Below, one piece after another: positions 26,159 through 41,058 of a DNA stretch of 58,326 nucleotides. Positions within the stretch are counted from its first letter, which is position 1. The number at the start of each line of letters is the position of its first letter. Both the position numbers and the translations under genes were made by a program. This DNA is from Paramecium tetraurelia (lineage: Eukaryota), in contig CT868152.1 in NCBI GenBank assembly GCA_000165425.1, positions 496,001 through 554,326 of the forward strand, in the 5' to 3' direction. A model generated the notes under the pieces. That model saw only the letters and a list, made by a program, of their open reading frames with translations. It was not told the origin of the DNA and ran no database searches.

Positions 26159-29100
26159 ATGAACACCTAAAAACTTCCCCATTTGTCGTCGCCTAAGCGG
26201 CCTCAAACAAAAGCAAAGGCCAAGTCAATCACCATGAATTTAACAATCAAAGATTCTCTATAAGAAATTTCAACATTTCGAACGACAACTTAGAGCAGAT
26301 CAAACATTTAATTATCTCAGACTGACCGATTAAAAACATACTCCGATGTTTCCTATCTCAATTTTCGAAGTGTAACTAATAAACAGTCTTCTGTCTCTTC
26401 TCCAAAAATACCATTAAGTAATATTGCTCGAGATCCATAATTATACGAATTCGTAAAATTATCGGTTATATATTTAGCACAGTTAAGCTAATAGAACAAA
26501 CATCTACACATCTATTATTAAGGAAAACGTAAAAGGAACCTTTATAGACAATCCTGCTGAATTAAAAATATATGATAAAACAATCGATTTTTCACCCTTA
26601 CTCCAAAACATCAAGATACATTAATTTAAATATTACCTTCAGTCGATTTTACAATAGGAGTGCAAAACTATCTTTGATACCAAATGTCCTCCAAATAGGC
26701 AGCAAGCTATTGATCTCTTATTGTGGTTTGATAAAATGATTCAAACTTTAAAGACTGACAATTTGCGATTAATAACCGATTTAACAAATTAATTGCAATA
26801 AGTTTATTAAACTTGCATCCACGAATTGGCTAGACAAATATCATACGAATGCAAAGAAAGAGGAACATTGTTATTAATTATTTGGAATTCCTTTGTCTCC
26901 TTTATAGAAATGCTCATCTAAAATGTCGCCATGAATTTCGATGAAATGGAAGCCCAATCAATAGACACAGTTCATAGGATTCAAAAGACCCATCAAACAT
27001 TTGTCCAATAATTGCAATAAGAGATCTGTTAATTAAAACAATAAATAGAATAATTGGAATCAGAGAAGTCAGAATTGAACGATAAAAATATATATTTGGC
27101 TAAAAAAAATCTCTAGTTGACTAATGAGATAAAACTCCTAGGCTCTCAATTAGATGAAATGACTGACAATCATAATAAAGTGTATAATGAATTAATCCAA
27201 ACTAAATTGCAAATAGAAACTCATTCCTCTTAATAAACATAAACCACTCAAAAGATTAAAATTGGAATCCAAGAAGGCCAATCTGTTGTAGCACATCTGT
27301 TATCGATGAAAAATACAATGTTCTCTAAATTGCAAAAGAAAACCTCAATTCAATTCGAAAAAGTTGAATAACTCAGAGAGGATGAAGAATATTTTAAGTA
27401 AGGATTATCAAAAACCGATATTGATTAGTTGAATTCAACATTTCAATACTAAAATATGTTGAAACTGTAATCTAGGGCCATGATACCGATTAACACAGAA
27501 GATAGTATGATATTTAATTATCTTAGAGGATGTTCAAACCGATTCCTCTTTTTCATTTCTATTCGATCATATTGAAGATTTATTCAATCATAGATAGAGT
27601 GATTAAGGTCCCAAAATGTAATCATTTTTATGAAACTTTAGTTAGATCTCAAAAAATGAGATTACTCAGAATTACAAAGAATAATTAATAGAGCTATTAT
27701 AATTCTGCAATAGCAATTAATCCGAGTCTGATGGTGAAATAAAAAAGAAATTTATTGAATAAATGCTTGAATTGCAAGAACAAAAGGTAAATGCAAAATA
27801 CTACGAGCAAACCTTATAAGAAGCCACTTAAGAATTTATAGAACTGCTTAAAAAGAAAAAATAGAAAATCAAAAAACTTAAGAAGAGCCAAACACTCCTA
27901 TAAAATCGCCTTAATTCTAGTAAATATTATTCTATAGATTTCAAGTGCAAAGTGAAAGTAGTCCTCCTAAATAAGATATTCCATAAGTTCTAGTTAACTC
28001 ACCTGGTGTAAAAACTCCATCATTTAGAAACTCCTCGATCTTCAATCAATAGGATGCTCTATAAGAAGACATTATTGAAAGTGACGAGAAAAGTGAAGAG
28101 GATTCAATAATTCAAAATATTTAATAGTATAGTAATTAGAACCAAAATCAACAAAATTTTGATTTCGATTAATCAAACATTTAACATCTCAATATGAATG
28201 ATGAGGAGTTTAAATAATTTTAGGATAATTCTGCTGAAGAAGATTATCTAATTAAATAAGTAGTATAAGACAACTAAGATCACAATTAGAATTAGGAGAA
28301 TAACAATTTGAGTGTAGAAGTCAAAAATAGTGAATCAAATCACTCCAAAGATATCAAGAATTCTTAAAATAAGAATAATTTAAACACTAGTGCCAGCAGA
28401 AAGAATAGCAAAAGTAGTCAGAGTAAATAAAGCATAGAAGACCTGGAATAACAACACTAAAAATAAAAAAATTTATCTCCAATTAAGAGTTAGAAGAATA
28501 GAAAATCCTTATAAATTAAAAGTTTATCAGCTATTAAGGATTTAGATGATGAACCGAAATAGTAATAATTAAAAAGAAAGCATTCCAAAGTTGTCAAACA
28601 TACACAGTAAAAGTCTAGCAATACTATAAATACTCTTGATTAATCAAGTGATGTTAATGAGAGTGAAAATCTATCTTTAGTTTCTAGTGATGATTTATCG
28701 GATAAAGCAAAAGAAGAAGATATTAAGAAAATCGAAAAAATTAGAAGTCTTGTACAATAATATGGAGGAGCTAATATTTAGAAAAGAAGATTCACTAAAC
28801 CAGTTGCAATCAAATTATCTTTGTTGTCTGATTTAAAAAAAGAAAAAAGAGTCAAAAGAATCTATAGTCAAAATACAGATGCTGCAAATTCATTGTTACA
28901 TGAGGTTATGAATGTTAAAATGAAAAAACAAAAAGACTCAATCATACCTATTTCATCAATTATCAAAATTTTTAATACTATCTTAGCTGATACTGCAAAA
29001 AATCAAGAAGGATATAAAATTCCATTGCATGTTAGTATATATGACTTTTTCTTAAAAAAGTACGGATTTAAAAATGTGGCTGAAAAAAAAATTAAATAGG

Positions 29101-30150
29101 TAAATTTAAATATTACTTTTCATTAGTTACTTTAATTTATCTTTCATAAGAAAAATTAATACCCAAAATTATGTTTGATCTCTAGATTATGCTATATGGA
29201 TGATGAAATGGACGAAGCCGTATATAAATTAATTGTGGAATCAATTAAATACTTTCATAATAAGTAAGTATCTAATTTATTTAGAGAAATATAATTAAAT
29301 AAACCTGAAATAAATTTAACATATGAATAGCTCATTGAATATTGCAATGATTTTCTTTAATAGCTTCTTGGTTAAAGCTATATCTCTTAACTCTTGTAAT
29401 AATTGAAACAAACTAATAATAAATGTAATTTTATTGTAATAATTATCAGCAATTGTTTTTGAAAATGTAATGATCTAGGTAATGAATCTCTATTTTTAAA
29501 AAAAAAGATAATGTGAAGATAGTTTGAAATTAATATTTTAGGCCGCAGATTTGGATGGAAATAATCTTATTGAATTCTCAGAAGTATAATACATTTAGCA
29601 TTTAGTTCAAAAATTTGTACAAAGCAATCCATAACAACATATACGACAAAAATACTGCATTAGAACAATTCATTAGTTATGCTGATTACATTGAAGAGTT
29701 ATCCAAAAATAAAATGATAACTCTGCCTAGATTTGCAGAAATGGCCATTGAACTTAATTTGTTTTCTAAGGAATAAATAAATTAATACAGCAAAGGATTC
29801 GAAACTCTATTATAAGAATGGGAAGAACAAAAAAATTTTATCAAGTATCGATATTTGAAGGCTGAAAAGTTTCCAAAAGTTAAATTCACTTTTAATTTAT
29901 TAACTGAATAAATTAATTTACTGAAAAAAAAATAAAAAACAACTCATGATCCTTAAAGTAAGAAATTGATCTATCTTAGCACTTTGGGTAAGTTACAAAT
30001 TACTGCAAGAGAAATCACAAAGAGTTGTATTAAAGTAATAATTATTTCTATTTTAGCCATGAAGCCAGAGAATGTTACTTTGATTTAGTCCCTCACGAGT
30101 TTTGGATAGTATAACAAGGATACAGAGCAATAGAAGAACTATGCATTTGA
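26159..30150 (+). CDS. Large coiled-coil protein with axonemal dynein light chain-like domain and C-terminal EF-hand
   Basis: PPNRQQAIDL...YQTCIHELARQISYECKERGTLL resembles the p28/Ax_dynein_light domain; later ADLDGNNLIEFSE EF-hand loop; many short introns. Confidence 0.65.
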
Positions 30151-30472
30151 AAATTAATTAGATTCATTTATGAATTTATCATTTATTCCAAATTTTTAGT
30201 ATTCATTTTTAAGTAGAATAATATAAACTATTTAATTATTCAAATTGATATACTGATTTGATCAAATAGAATTATCTCTAGATACTTAATATAATGCTCA
30301 TTATTACTTTATGAAAATTTTTGGAAAATGGTATTATAATTCAATTTTACTTTTTGTTTTATCTTATTTGAATGATTTATCAATCAATATAGATGCGTGT
30401 TGACTATAAAGATATTCAGAATATTGAAAATTTATTTAATTAAATTAAATCCAAAATCAAATATATATAATA

Positions 30473-33400
30473 ATGAATCCCAAATTTGGGTATGTATTTT
30501 TGTAATTATAAATCATTGCTTTTATTTTTAATATATGCTACAGGGATTTTGTTTTGTCTCAATGTATTAGCCAAGCTTTACTTTAAACTTAAAGGTACAA
30601 AAAGTAATATTGCTAATATATTATTGCCAAATATTAACATTAGCATTTCCAATAGATGGGTGGGATTAATGGAATTATAGAGATGGTGCTTTAAGAATGA
30701 TGAAAAATTTGTTAAACATAATATTGATTTTTCCTTTAGTAATCGAAGTAAAATCATAAGCTTTAATATATGTTTTAATTGTACTTTTCTTTTTATTCAA
30801 CTTATTTATGTTGTCAGCAATATTTTGGATTGTCAAATTTAAGAATAAACTTTCATTTATCCTAACTATTACATATTGGTATTTAGTATTAGTCCCAAAG
30901 TTGTTTTTTATCCCATAGTTATTTGTATTCATAGGATCTATGTCTTTTGGCAAACGAGCTCTATTATATTCAAATTTTGAATTTCAGGTATTTTTGCCAA
31001 TTAATATATTATCCATACTTGTTTTAACCTATAACTGCTTCTTTAGCATATATTTTATAAGGAAAATGAGATTATTAAAAGATAATGGGTTGGTATAAAA
31101 ATTTAGTCAATTATGTTTTCTGAGAGAATTGGTTGTAATCGCGATTATTTATTTACATTTTTTAAATAGAATACCAATTGTAAATGCACTGTAGTTGATA
31201 TTAATGAATGGTTTTTTTTTGATATTACTTCTAGATGCATTACATTTTAATACATATCATCCTCAAATAAAAAGATTTGCTTTAATTTTAATTTCAGGAT
31301 GCATAGGATTACTTTTGATTATATCAATAAATGTGATTTCGTAAAATAAATTAATACCTGAAGAATAATTGATAATTATTCAATTGATTGTTGCAACATT
31401 ATTTGTTTTTATTTCTGTTTTTTATTAAAATAGAAAAATCGTTTATCAACTCTAAGGTGATAGTAATTCCCATTATTAAATATAATTTGTAGAATGGCTT
31501 TTTTATACATTTATAGAATTAAATTAGAAAAAGAAGAAGTAATAAAATCTATTCTTTTATTCACTATTTATTTAATATCATCAATAAAAATGCGCAAGTT
31601 GTCTAAAAAAAATCCTTCAACATAAAAAGATTGCCTCTAAATCAATAAAATACTATGTACTTAATTGTGTGTTATAAAATGCATTAAAATTGAGTTTTGG
31701 TTCAGATTATGAATTATTAGAAATATACTATGCTGATTTTTTGAATAAAATTAAAAAATAACCACTCTCATCATATGTTGAACTTAAAGGGTTTGTTTTA
31801 AAACATCAAAAGATTTCACACCATTTTAAATCAACCATCAGTTATCTGTTTGAGGAGTTAGAAGAAATCATACTAAATGAAAATAATCTTGTTGAAAATG
31901 AGAGTCATAATTATGAAAAAAACTATCTTGATGTAAAAAATTTTATCAAAGCATTTTAAATAGAAGAGTAAATATTGCCTTAAGTATTGTAACTTATTGA
32001 CAAAAAAATAGAGATTTGGAGTGAATAGATTCGTGGTTTAGACACTATATATGATTTAGAAAAATTGATTTTTGGTTACTCAAAGGAGGTTGTGATTTGT
32101 TAAGATACATTGTAAAAGTACTTGTAAATAGACTTATTGAAATTTAATGAAATCTAAAAAGTTAAAAGTGTTATAGAGTTAAGAATCACATCAATATTTC
32201 TGTTGATTATTTTAAATGATTTTTATAACTCTCTTAAATGCGAATAATAAATATAGGAGATTTTATAAATCGAGAATTCTCTCCCTAATGATGTTATTAG
32301 TAATATCGACATTCTCCATGATAATTTATGTTTGGTTATGGTGAGCATGGTTAAAGATAGAGGATTTATCAAAAATACTAAAAAACATCAGATTGCTAAT
32401 TACTTTGGATTAGAAGTTGAAGAAGTGGAAAGTATTAATCATATAAATTTATTCATTCCTCAATATTTAGTTGAAATTCATACCTAATTTTTATAATCTT
32501 ATTTAGAAACAGCATAAACTTCTTTATTTCATTAATATTAAATAGTATTTAGTAAATTAAAAAATGAATTTGTTTAAGCATAATAAATAAAATTGGAAAA
32601 TAACTTTAGTTTTTTTGATGATTATATTGTAACTGCATGTTTATCAAAAGTTAAGGAAACATCAGAGTTCATCTTATTTGATGAGAGTGGCAAGATTCTA
32701 TCAGTGACTTAAGGATTTTATACAGATATCATCAAATAAGCTTTTCAAGAAGAATTAAGTGCCTAAACAATTAATTAAAGGCAGCAGCATATTTGCGCTT
32801 TTTAAAGAAAATATATTTTGGTAATTGTATAAATGTTAAAATATAATAAGATTTAATTAATTGTTAAGTTGGCTTTAATTTTTAAGTTATTAAGCAAAAT
32901 TAAGAATTTTAGTNNNNNNNNNNNNNNNNNNNNNNNNNNNNNNNNNNNNNNNNNNNGCCACACCACGACGTTCCTGTCGCGAGTTTCCAGGCGTTGACTC
33001 AGACTATTCTATTTTCTATTCTGGAATCTTAAATAGAGAACATTAATTAGTCTGACTTCCTTTAAGTTGAACTGATGACCAAAATAACAATTTACGAAAA
33101 TTTATCCAAAATAATTGAATTACTTTATGAAAATAAAACATCAACTTAGAGTTTCAGTTTAATTGCAAATTCATTATTAAAAACCTCATCGTAAATTCCT
33201 ATTATGACAACCACACAAATTTAAACAAGCAAAAAATAAAAAAAATAAAATTTTCAAACAGGCAGATTTTATATAAATACTAGTTTCAAATTGTCAGATG
33301 AGATCAAATTATTATGTCCTAAATTTAGAACCTAAGTATATGAATTTATGCAATAATTCAATGTATATTCTATAAATATTTTAGAAATTTAAATTTGTTG

Positions 33401-35748
33401 AATATCATACAAAAATATAATTGTAGTATAGAACTATTGGAAAAAAACAATTATAAAGATCATATTTCATTATTGAGATCTTAGACTTTAAAAAAAATAC
33501 TGGCTCAGTCAATGCTGTTAAATAATTTAAGAGTAGGAATGTTTAAAATTTAGAACAAATAGAAAAGTACTAAATTAAGTAATAATTCGTATTTTAAGAT
33601 CAAGTTGAATCAATACCATAAAAAGTGGATTAGGAAAATAAAAATGAAAATCAGTATATCCAAGTATCTCATTTAAATGATGTTTCGAAATTTGGAAGTG
33701 AAAAAAACTTTTAATAACGCAATAATTTTCTAAAGCTATAGTCTTATGAAAACGATCTTGGATTCCTTTATAAATAAGAGAATTAATCTTTATCTAGTCA
33801 ATCCTCTAATACTTTAAGAGTATAAAATCTTATTATTTTTAAATCTTTTTAATTTTAACCCAAGATGAATAAAAATCTCAAAATATTACTTTTTTTTACA
33901 GTGATATCAATATTAATATTAGTTTCTATGATTACATATAATATTCAACTAATTAGGTATTAACTCTCTGAATAGATTGATAGTAGCTATTCTTTAAATG
34001 CCCCCCTCTTATTCAATAGATACTTTTTTTAGAGTTACGCTCTATCTTGGACTCTTTTGATGAATGGACTCAACATTGTTAATTAAAGTGATTTTTTGAT
34101 AAATTAAACTTCTTTTACTCTTAAACATATGGAAAGAGAGACATTTCAAAATTTAAGTAATATGTATCCAAAATTCTTGGAAATTGAAAATATGGGATTG
34201 CTTCCAAATATTAGTTTGAAACTTCTACAGCTTCAAAGACAAACTGTATCATATACAGAATTCATAACTTACATCTAGAACACTTTATAGTACCTATTTT
34301 AATTTAATTTATTCTCTTAAGAACATAGAAAAAAAGTTTTAGAGTTAGATTACGTCAACGCTGTTGTTACTTTGAGGTATAATATCAAATATGTATTTGA
34401 TATGAATAAGGAGCTTATAGAATCATTAGATTAGATGTATTAAAATTAGATACAAAATAATAATTATAATTTAAAAATAGTTTTAATTATTGAAATCTGT
34501 ATATTGTTCATATTTCAGTTTATTCAAATAATTTTCTGGAGAAAATTTGAGAATTAGAAACAAAAAATGTTAATTTTAGTTGGAAAATATTCAGAGTTTA
34601 AAGCAAATGAAATGATTTTATTACATTAAAGTTATAAATAGGTTATGCAGTCAACTTAACTAGATCAAATTAATTGGAAAACGTAAAATTTCACTTTTTT
34701 ATAGCCATTGAATATTTTAGGAGAAGAAAAAAAAGCAATTAAAATAAATGTATCAAATAAAGATAGAGTAAAGGCAAAAGGAATGTTGAATTCAAGAGTA
34801 ACAAATACTACCTATAGAAATGTAAAGTGGATATTCTCTCCTTTTTTGCTACTGTTTTGCTTTTTAATAGGAGGTTATTTCTTTTATAATTTTTTAATGA
34901 AAAATTTATAACCATAATAAGAATTAGCAATTAACTTTATCAGATTTTCATCGTATTTCGATACTCTAATAACTAGTGCATTAGTAATTAAAACCTAACC
35001 ATAAGTTTATCCTGGAATTGTTTAAAACAACATTTATACCCAATCTTAAATGAATTCATATCGAGACCCATTAAAATAATTGTTCCATATGTTTATTGAC
35101 GTGTATGAAGTTTACGACGAAAATTTAACATAAATTTATGAAGGCATTTTATATTCTTAAGATATTGATGATTCTAAAAAAGAAACATTGTTAGGTTTAT
35201 ATGAAAAAGATATCTGTAAAATAATGAATCAGGAAATCCCATTTTGTTCATTTGAATAATTGGGAGAAAATAATTTCAATGAGAAATATTCTTAATTCTA
35301 TTTATAAGATAATAATCGAGATTATTTAAAAAATGGGCTCGCTGGGATAACTAGTAGCGTTAGCAATTTTATGAAAACTAATTACGATAATGAAATTGAG
35401 ACTATCAACTATATCACAGATTTCAGTTAGCTCAATAAATTTTACTTAACATAAGAATTTAACAATATTCTGGTAGAGCATTTTAGTTCAACAACATAAA
35501 GTACAGAAAAGGTTTTGAATATTATATTATCAAATAATGAAGAGTTAATGAACTAGAATAAAATAACAATTATCATATTTTTTGGTTTGATTGGATCAGT
35601 TATTTTGATAATTTTTATCTTTTTTTTCGTTTGGCTAATAAATTTACATAGTATAAGGTTCATATATATAAAATTAGGTTTGAGTTTAATTCCTAAAGAA
35701 ATTATGGCTGACTAATATACTATATCATCAATTAAATAGTTCAATTGA
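30473..35748 (+). CDS. Large multipass membrane protein with PAS-like cytosolic region (interrupted by assembly gap)
   Basis: About 8 N-terminal hydrophobic segments, a helical linker, PAS-like INHINLFIPQYLVEIHTQFLQSYL, then paired TM segments flanking large loops in the C-terminal half. Start is approximate. Confidence 0.65.
32914..32956. other. Assembly gap (43 N) with low-quality flanks
   Basis: Run of n; flanking bases have atypical composition and break the reading frame. Confidence 0.99.
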
Positions 35749-36121
35749 TAATATGTTTAATATAAAATACAAATAAGTTTTAAATTTTTTTCTTTGAAAT
35801 AAATAAAAGTAATCTTTAGATTTCTTCCTTCATAATATGGGAATACATTAATAAAACCAAAATAGTCTATTAAAATTTTGATTGCCTGGTCATATTTTTA
35901 TCCTTAACTTAGCAATTAAAATGTAGTATTCATCGAATTTAGAATAATCTTTTTATGAAAATCTATGGAACACCTATTAGAATTTAATTTGAAGACTTGT
36001 TTAATGCTAAAGTTATTCAAATTAAATAATTTACTAATCAAAAAAATTGTTAAACATCAGTTATTTAATAAAATTATCACAACAAAGAAAATTTCTACTT
36101 ATTTATAATTGTTTTAATTTA

Positions 36122-38100
36122 ATGGATCAAAATAAAACAGAATCCAATTCTAAGTTTATGAAGAAATTATCCATAATTAAATACGCTGGTTCTGTTTTGA
36201 TTGCACTGTTGGTTTTATCATCAATCTTGGCCTTTTTAGTATTATTCAAAAATAACAATTTTGAGTTCTTATTTTAGTAATTATTGATGTAAAAATACTA
36301 CATATCATATTCAAATTATTCTTATTTCAATTGTAATCGTAACCTTACAGTTTGTTTAAACTCTCTAGTTCGATGAATTTGGCAATCCCTAATATATACA
36401 TCATATGTTATAAAAGTATAAGTGCAATTACCTTGCGAATAATTACAGATTGGTTGAATAATTATTTAAACTAGAAGTATTGAGATAAATAAAATATTGC
36501 TACATTACCCAGATTCGATTCAGGCAACAAAGAATAAAATATTCTATGTTATTATTTCTTGGATTATTCTATGGAATAATTGGCATAGATAATTCTATTC
36601 GTAATTATTTATCAATTTAATGTAGTTAACCTTTGCTATTGAAAATAATTGAATGTTCTTGATCCTCCAACGTATAAGTACTTCAAACCCTAGAAATCGG
36701 TTGGATCTCAAATGTCGAATACGGATATCTGTTAATTAGCAACTAATTTAATGTTAACTAAAGACGATTTTAAAAAACCTAGGTAAAGTATTCTTTATTT
36801 TAGAATCTACTAGATATTTTAGAATTGAATGGGGCTTTTCTAATAGATAATGAAATTAATTTAAACGATTTTAAAATTTTAACCACTCATGATTAAATTA
36901 ATAAAAGCACTTCCTAAAGCTAATAAACCAGAGCAAGAGGCTGTTATTGTAGAGAGATCCCTGGCTTCTGTAAGTTATTCTATAGGATCATGTTTATAAT
37001 TTTGTTCTGATGAACCTTAAACAACTGATTTTGCTATTATTTAATAGTTTATGAAACGGAAGGTGATAAAAATGCTAATGTTTAGAATAGTGAAGATTTG
37101 TCGACTATTGCTGAGGCTGATGGATAATTATATAATGGAAGGTTGAATATACAACCTGTCAGATTATGGATCCAGTAGAATCTCCATTTTATCGGATACA
37201 TTCGATATTAATGGAAAACTAAATTATTATAGAGTAGCTTAAAAATAAGTTTATACTTTATTAGTTAAGAAGTAAGGTTATAAAAATGATTGTGCTCATT
37301 TTGACTTAACTGAATGGTCTCCAAAAACTAATATCCATGCAAGAATGGCGAAAGAAGTGAAAAAACCTTCGATGAAGGTTACTTTAGAATGGTTAATTCA
37401 AATGAGACACCTTTATTTGTTTTTGACCATCGAATAAATACAAACTTTTACTTAATTAATTTTTATAAAGATTCATGGAGAGAACACAAGCATTGGGTGA
37501 GAAAGTAGTACAGCAAATTGTCTTTATTTTCCATTTTTGAATTTCTGTAAATTTAATCTGTTAAATTAAATAAAGTATTTCTCAAAATTTCATAAACATT
37601 TATAAGAAATAAAAAATTAGAAAAAAATCTCAATTCTGAACTGAAAATATTTAAGATTGGATAGAATCAAATCTTGTTGTAACAATATATGTATATGAAT
37701 AAGATTATCCATCAAATCAATTTATATCTTATATTATTTAATGCTGAGTTCATTTAGAGATAAAATTGACATGACTTGGTTGGCCTTTTAATTCGATGGC
37801 TCAGTAGGTGATGGACCAATTCAGCTTAAACGGCTTGGTCAGAAATATCAAATTTAAGTATCAAGAATAGCTAATCCTATAAAAATTATACTTATTTATT
37901 AATGATAATTCATTATTAATCGTTAGAAAAGGCTAGTAGAATATCTATATAAATATAACAGAGAGAAGATTTAGCTTTGATTTAAGACAATAAATTTTAG
38001 GTTTTTTAAATTTATGGCATAAATTGATATTCTAAGAGATTAGGGCATAATCAAACTATTCAATAAAAAAAAGATTACATTTACGTTAAAAATTAATATT
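36122..38100 (+). pseudogene. Degenerate gene-like region (possibly one or two secreted/membrane protein relics)
   Basis: Hydrophobic N-terminal segments at 36122 and 36546 and coding-like blocks with GT..AG micro-introns, but frames are repeatedly broken by TGA or frameshifts. Boundaries approximate. Confidence 0.35.
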
Positions 38101-38207
38101 TGGATAATAAATATAGATTTCTACGCTTGAGATATTAAATATGGAATAAATTACTTACTTGTTTTAATATAACTCATAATTATACATTACATTCATTATT
38201 ATTATTA

Positions 38208-38790
38208 ATGTAACCACCTCCTCCTCCACCTTATGGCTACCCTCCTGCATAGTATCCTCCTCCTCCTCCTCCTGCTTATGGATAACCTCCATATCCATAA
38301 CCAGGTTATTAACCACCTCCAACTGGTTATCCTTATCCACCTACTCCTGGATATCCTCCACCAGTTGGTGGGTATCCATAACCAGGATATCCTCCTGCTC
38401 CTGGATATCCTCCTACCCCTGGTTATCCTCCCCCTTAACCTGGATATGTACCACCTACTAATTATGCATAACCTTACCCACCTTAATCGTAAATTAATTT
38501 GATCATTCAATTAGGTATCCAGGTCAATATCCTGCAACAGCAATAGTTGTTCCTTAGGGACAATAATTTTATGCCGGAGGAAATGTTCAAATAAAAATAA
38601 GACCCAGTTGTTATTTGTATTTTTTTATTTAAACATGAGATGCCGAGGAACTGGATACTACATGAAGAAAGGTAGGACCAAGTAATGCAAAGATTGTTTG
38701 TGGGCAATGGGAATTTGCTTAAAATGCAATGGAACTGGATGGCATAAGAAGGGGAAAGTTTGCAAATGCAAAATGTATAAAATATATTGA
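38208..38790 (+). CDS. Small Pro/Tyr/Gly-rich protein with C-terminal Cys-rich (CxxCxGTG) zinc-binding module
   Basis: MQPPPPPPYGYPPAQYPPP...GYPP repeats followed by CRGTGYY...CKDC...CLKCNGTGW...CKC; two short introns. Confidence 0.8.
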
Positions 38791-39071
38791 TTCATTCAAA
38801 TACAAATCTGATTCCATTTTCAAAGTTTGGTTCCATATTATGTAAATTCAGTCGTCTACTTCTCATTAAATAGGTTCTGCAATGGCTCTATTTTTGTTTA
38901 AATCCATAAAATGCTTATCCACAGGAATCAATCCTTTTAAATAGTTTGTCTTAAATGATTCTTTATAATTTTAGTATTTTATCAATGTTTATAAGTATAT
39001 GATTGGAATAAATATTGAACAATATTGTGTTTTCAGTTATATTGTATTTAATAATTATTTATTTATAATAA

Positions 39072-40321
39072 ATGACAGATATTCATTCTTAGCAGAAAAG
39101 CGTGTAAAAAGTACGATATCATTCCAAAATAGTAAGCATATATAGATGATCTATTCACAAATGACAATGAACTTGATGAGGATAAGGATATAATTAAATA
39201 ATACAACACTGCTAAGAAAGAAAGAAAAACTATTGAAGCCCATAAGCAATTGCTCGATAATAGAGTGGCATTGTTGAAACAAGAGGAGATCAGAACTTTA
39301 AAAAAAATAGAGGAGACTCGTAAAAAGGCATTGGAAATTTACTATCTTAAAAAAAAGAATGAAGAAAAACTGAAAAAAGTAAATCTACTTAAATGATAAT
39401 TTTAGAGAGAAGAAGAAAAAGAGCAGTTGTAGAAGAAGTAGGAGCAATAACAATAAATTCGAAAATAGCAAGAAAGAGAACATAAATTATTAATTGAAAA
39501 GCATAGAAGTGATAAAGTATAAAAAGCATTTATAATCAAATAACAAACCAAAAATAATGAAGTTAGGAAAATGAGTTCTCAAAAATAATCCTTAACAACT
39601 CTTAAACAAAAAAATTAGATAATAAGAGAAACAAGAGATCTGAATAGAGTGAAGGAAAGAATTGTGTTGGAAAAAAGAGAAGCTATAAGGGAATAATTAG
39701 GAAAGAAATTAGAATTTGAACAAAAGCTAAAAGATGGAAAATAGAAGGGTAATTTATAAGCAATTATTTTAGAGATTGAACAAATAGAAACATATGAAAT
39801 GGATTTACTGTAAAAATTATAAAACACTTAGTAAATGTAAAAAACAGCATTTGAAGAATTAGAATCAGCTTTAACTATGACTGCTAAAGAATTTGCAGAA
39901 AAGTATCTTCAACCAAAATAAAAAGAGTAATTAACAAATAATTATTATTAGAGATTAAAATAAGGATCTTTCAAATTTTAATACTGACGAGGAGGGAGGC
40001 TAACAACATTAAGATAGACCACATATTGATGAGTCTGATAAGGATTAATCTTCTAAGATATCAATTGAATAGATAAATGAGATTAATGAGCCAAATCTAT
40101 AGAATGATACAAATAAAGACGATAATGGTGATTAAAATGATAACTAAAATCAAGATAAAAAGGACTCTGACTCTAGATAAGATGATTAGAATAATCAATA
40201 ATCTTTTCATCAAGAAGAAGGAAATTAAAATTAACAGAACAATTAAAATGAGATCCCTAATGTACTAGATTCCCCAAAAGCTTAAGAAAAATAGGATGAT
40301 CAATAACAAGAAGAATTATGA
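39072..40321 (+). CDS. Coiled-coil protein with acidic/Gln-rich tail
   Basis: KQLLDNRVALLKQEEIRTLKKIEETRKKALEI and QKLQNTQQMQKTAFEELESAL coiled-coil blocks; short introns; 5' exon structure uncertain. Confidence 0.7.
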
Positions 40322-40500
40322 TTATTTTATATTATAATAATATTATGATATTTATCACTATTATCCAAAATAACTTTTTAAGGATTCCAATCTTATTTGA
40401 TATCTCATTGTAGTCTATTTTTAAACAAATCAAATAAATTATATAGTTTTTTTCAATAATTCAATCAAACTCTTTCAATAAAGTTAGAAAATTAATTACT

Positions 40501-41058
40501 TCAAAATTCAAAATAGGCTTATAAATTAAGGATATGCAAATATTAATTCACTGAACTGCCATTGTTATCATAAATAAGTATTTATTTCACAAAAGTGTCA
40601 GAAAACTTTATTTTTTTAATGCTAGTAGCAACTGTGTCTTCATAAACTAATTGTACTAGACTTTGAGAGTTCTAAACATAGACCTTTAAATCAAATGTTC
40701 TTAAAGTAACATCTCTATCATAGACCCAAAATTTTATTGTATTAATCTCGTATATTTATGGTAAATCAATTATCACAAATTTCCCAATAATTGAAGTAGT
40801 GTATCCCTTTCCTGTATTTACATCATATAATTCAGATCTTAAAGGGCTTCGGTTAAATTAATTACCTGCAAACCCAATTTAATTTTTATTAGAGATTAAT
40901 GCTCCTTTTTATTCTTATAATACATTTTTATATTATCCTCTAAAAGTAGAACGAAGCTTTAAGGTTTTATATTTTTTGCAAAAACAGGATTGATTACATG
41001 ATAATGCAGGCATAGCAAATAAACTATGTAAGAGCAATACAGATAAAAAAGTGTTCAT
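40501..41058 (-). CDS. Small putatively secreted beta-rich hypothetical protein (may be disrupted)
   Basis: Signal-like MNTFLSVLLLHSLFAMPALSC; C-terminal IIDLPQIYEINTIKFWVYD...NLQAYFEF. Internal junction not resolved. Confidence 0.5.

Noticed and set aside
32957..33010. GC-rich segment right after the N gap, suggestive of foreign DNA or an insertion end
   Set aside because: Directly abuts the gap and is best explained as low-quality read end or vector carry-over.
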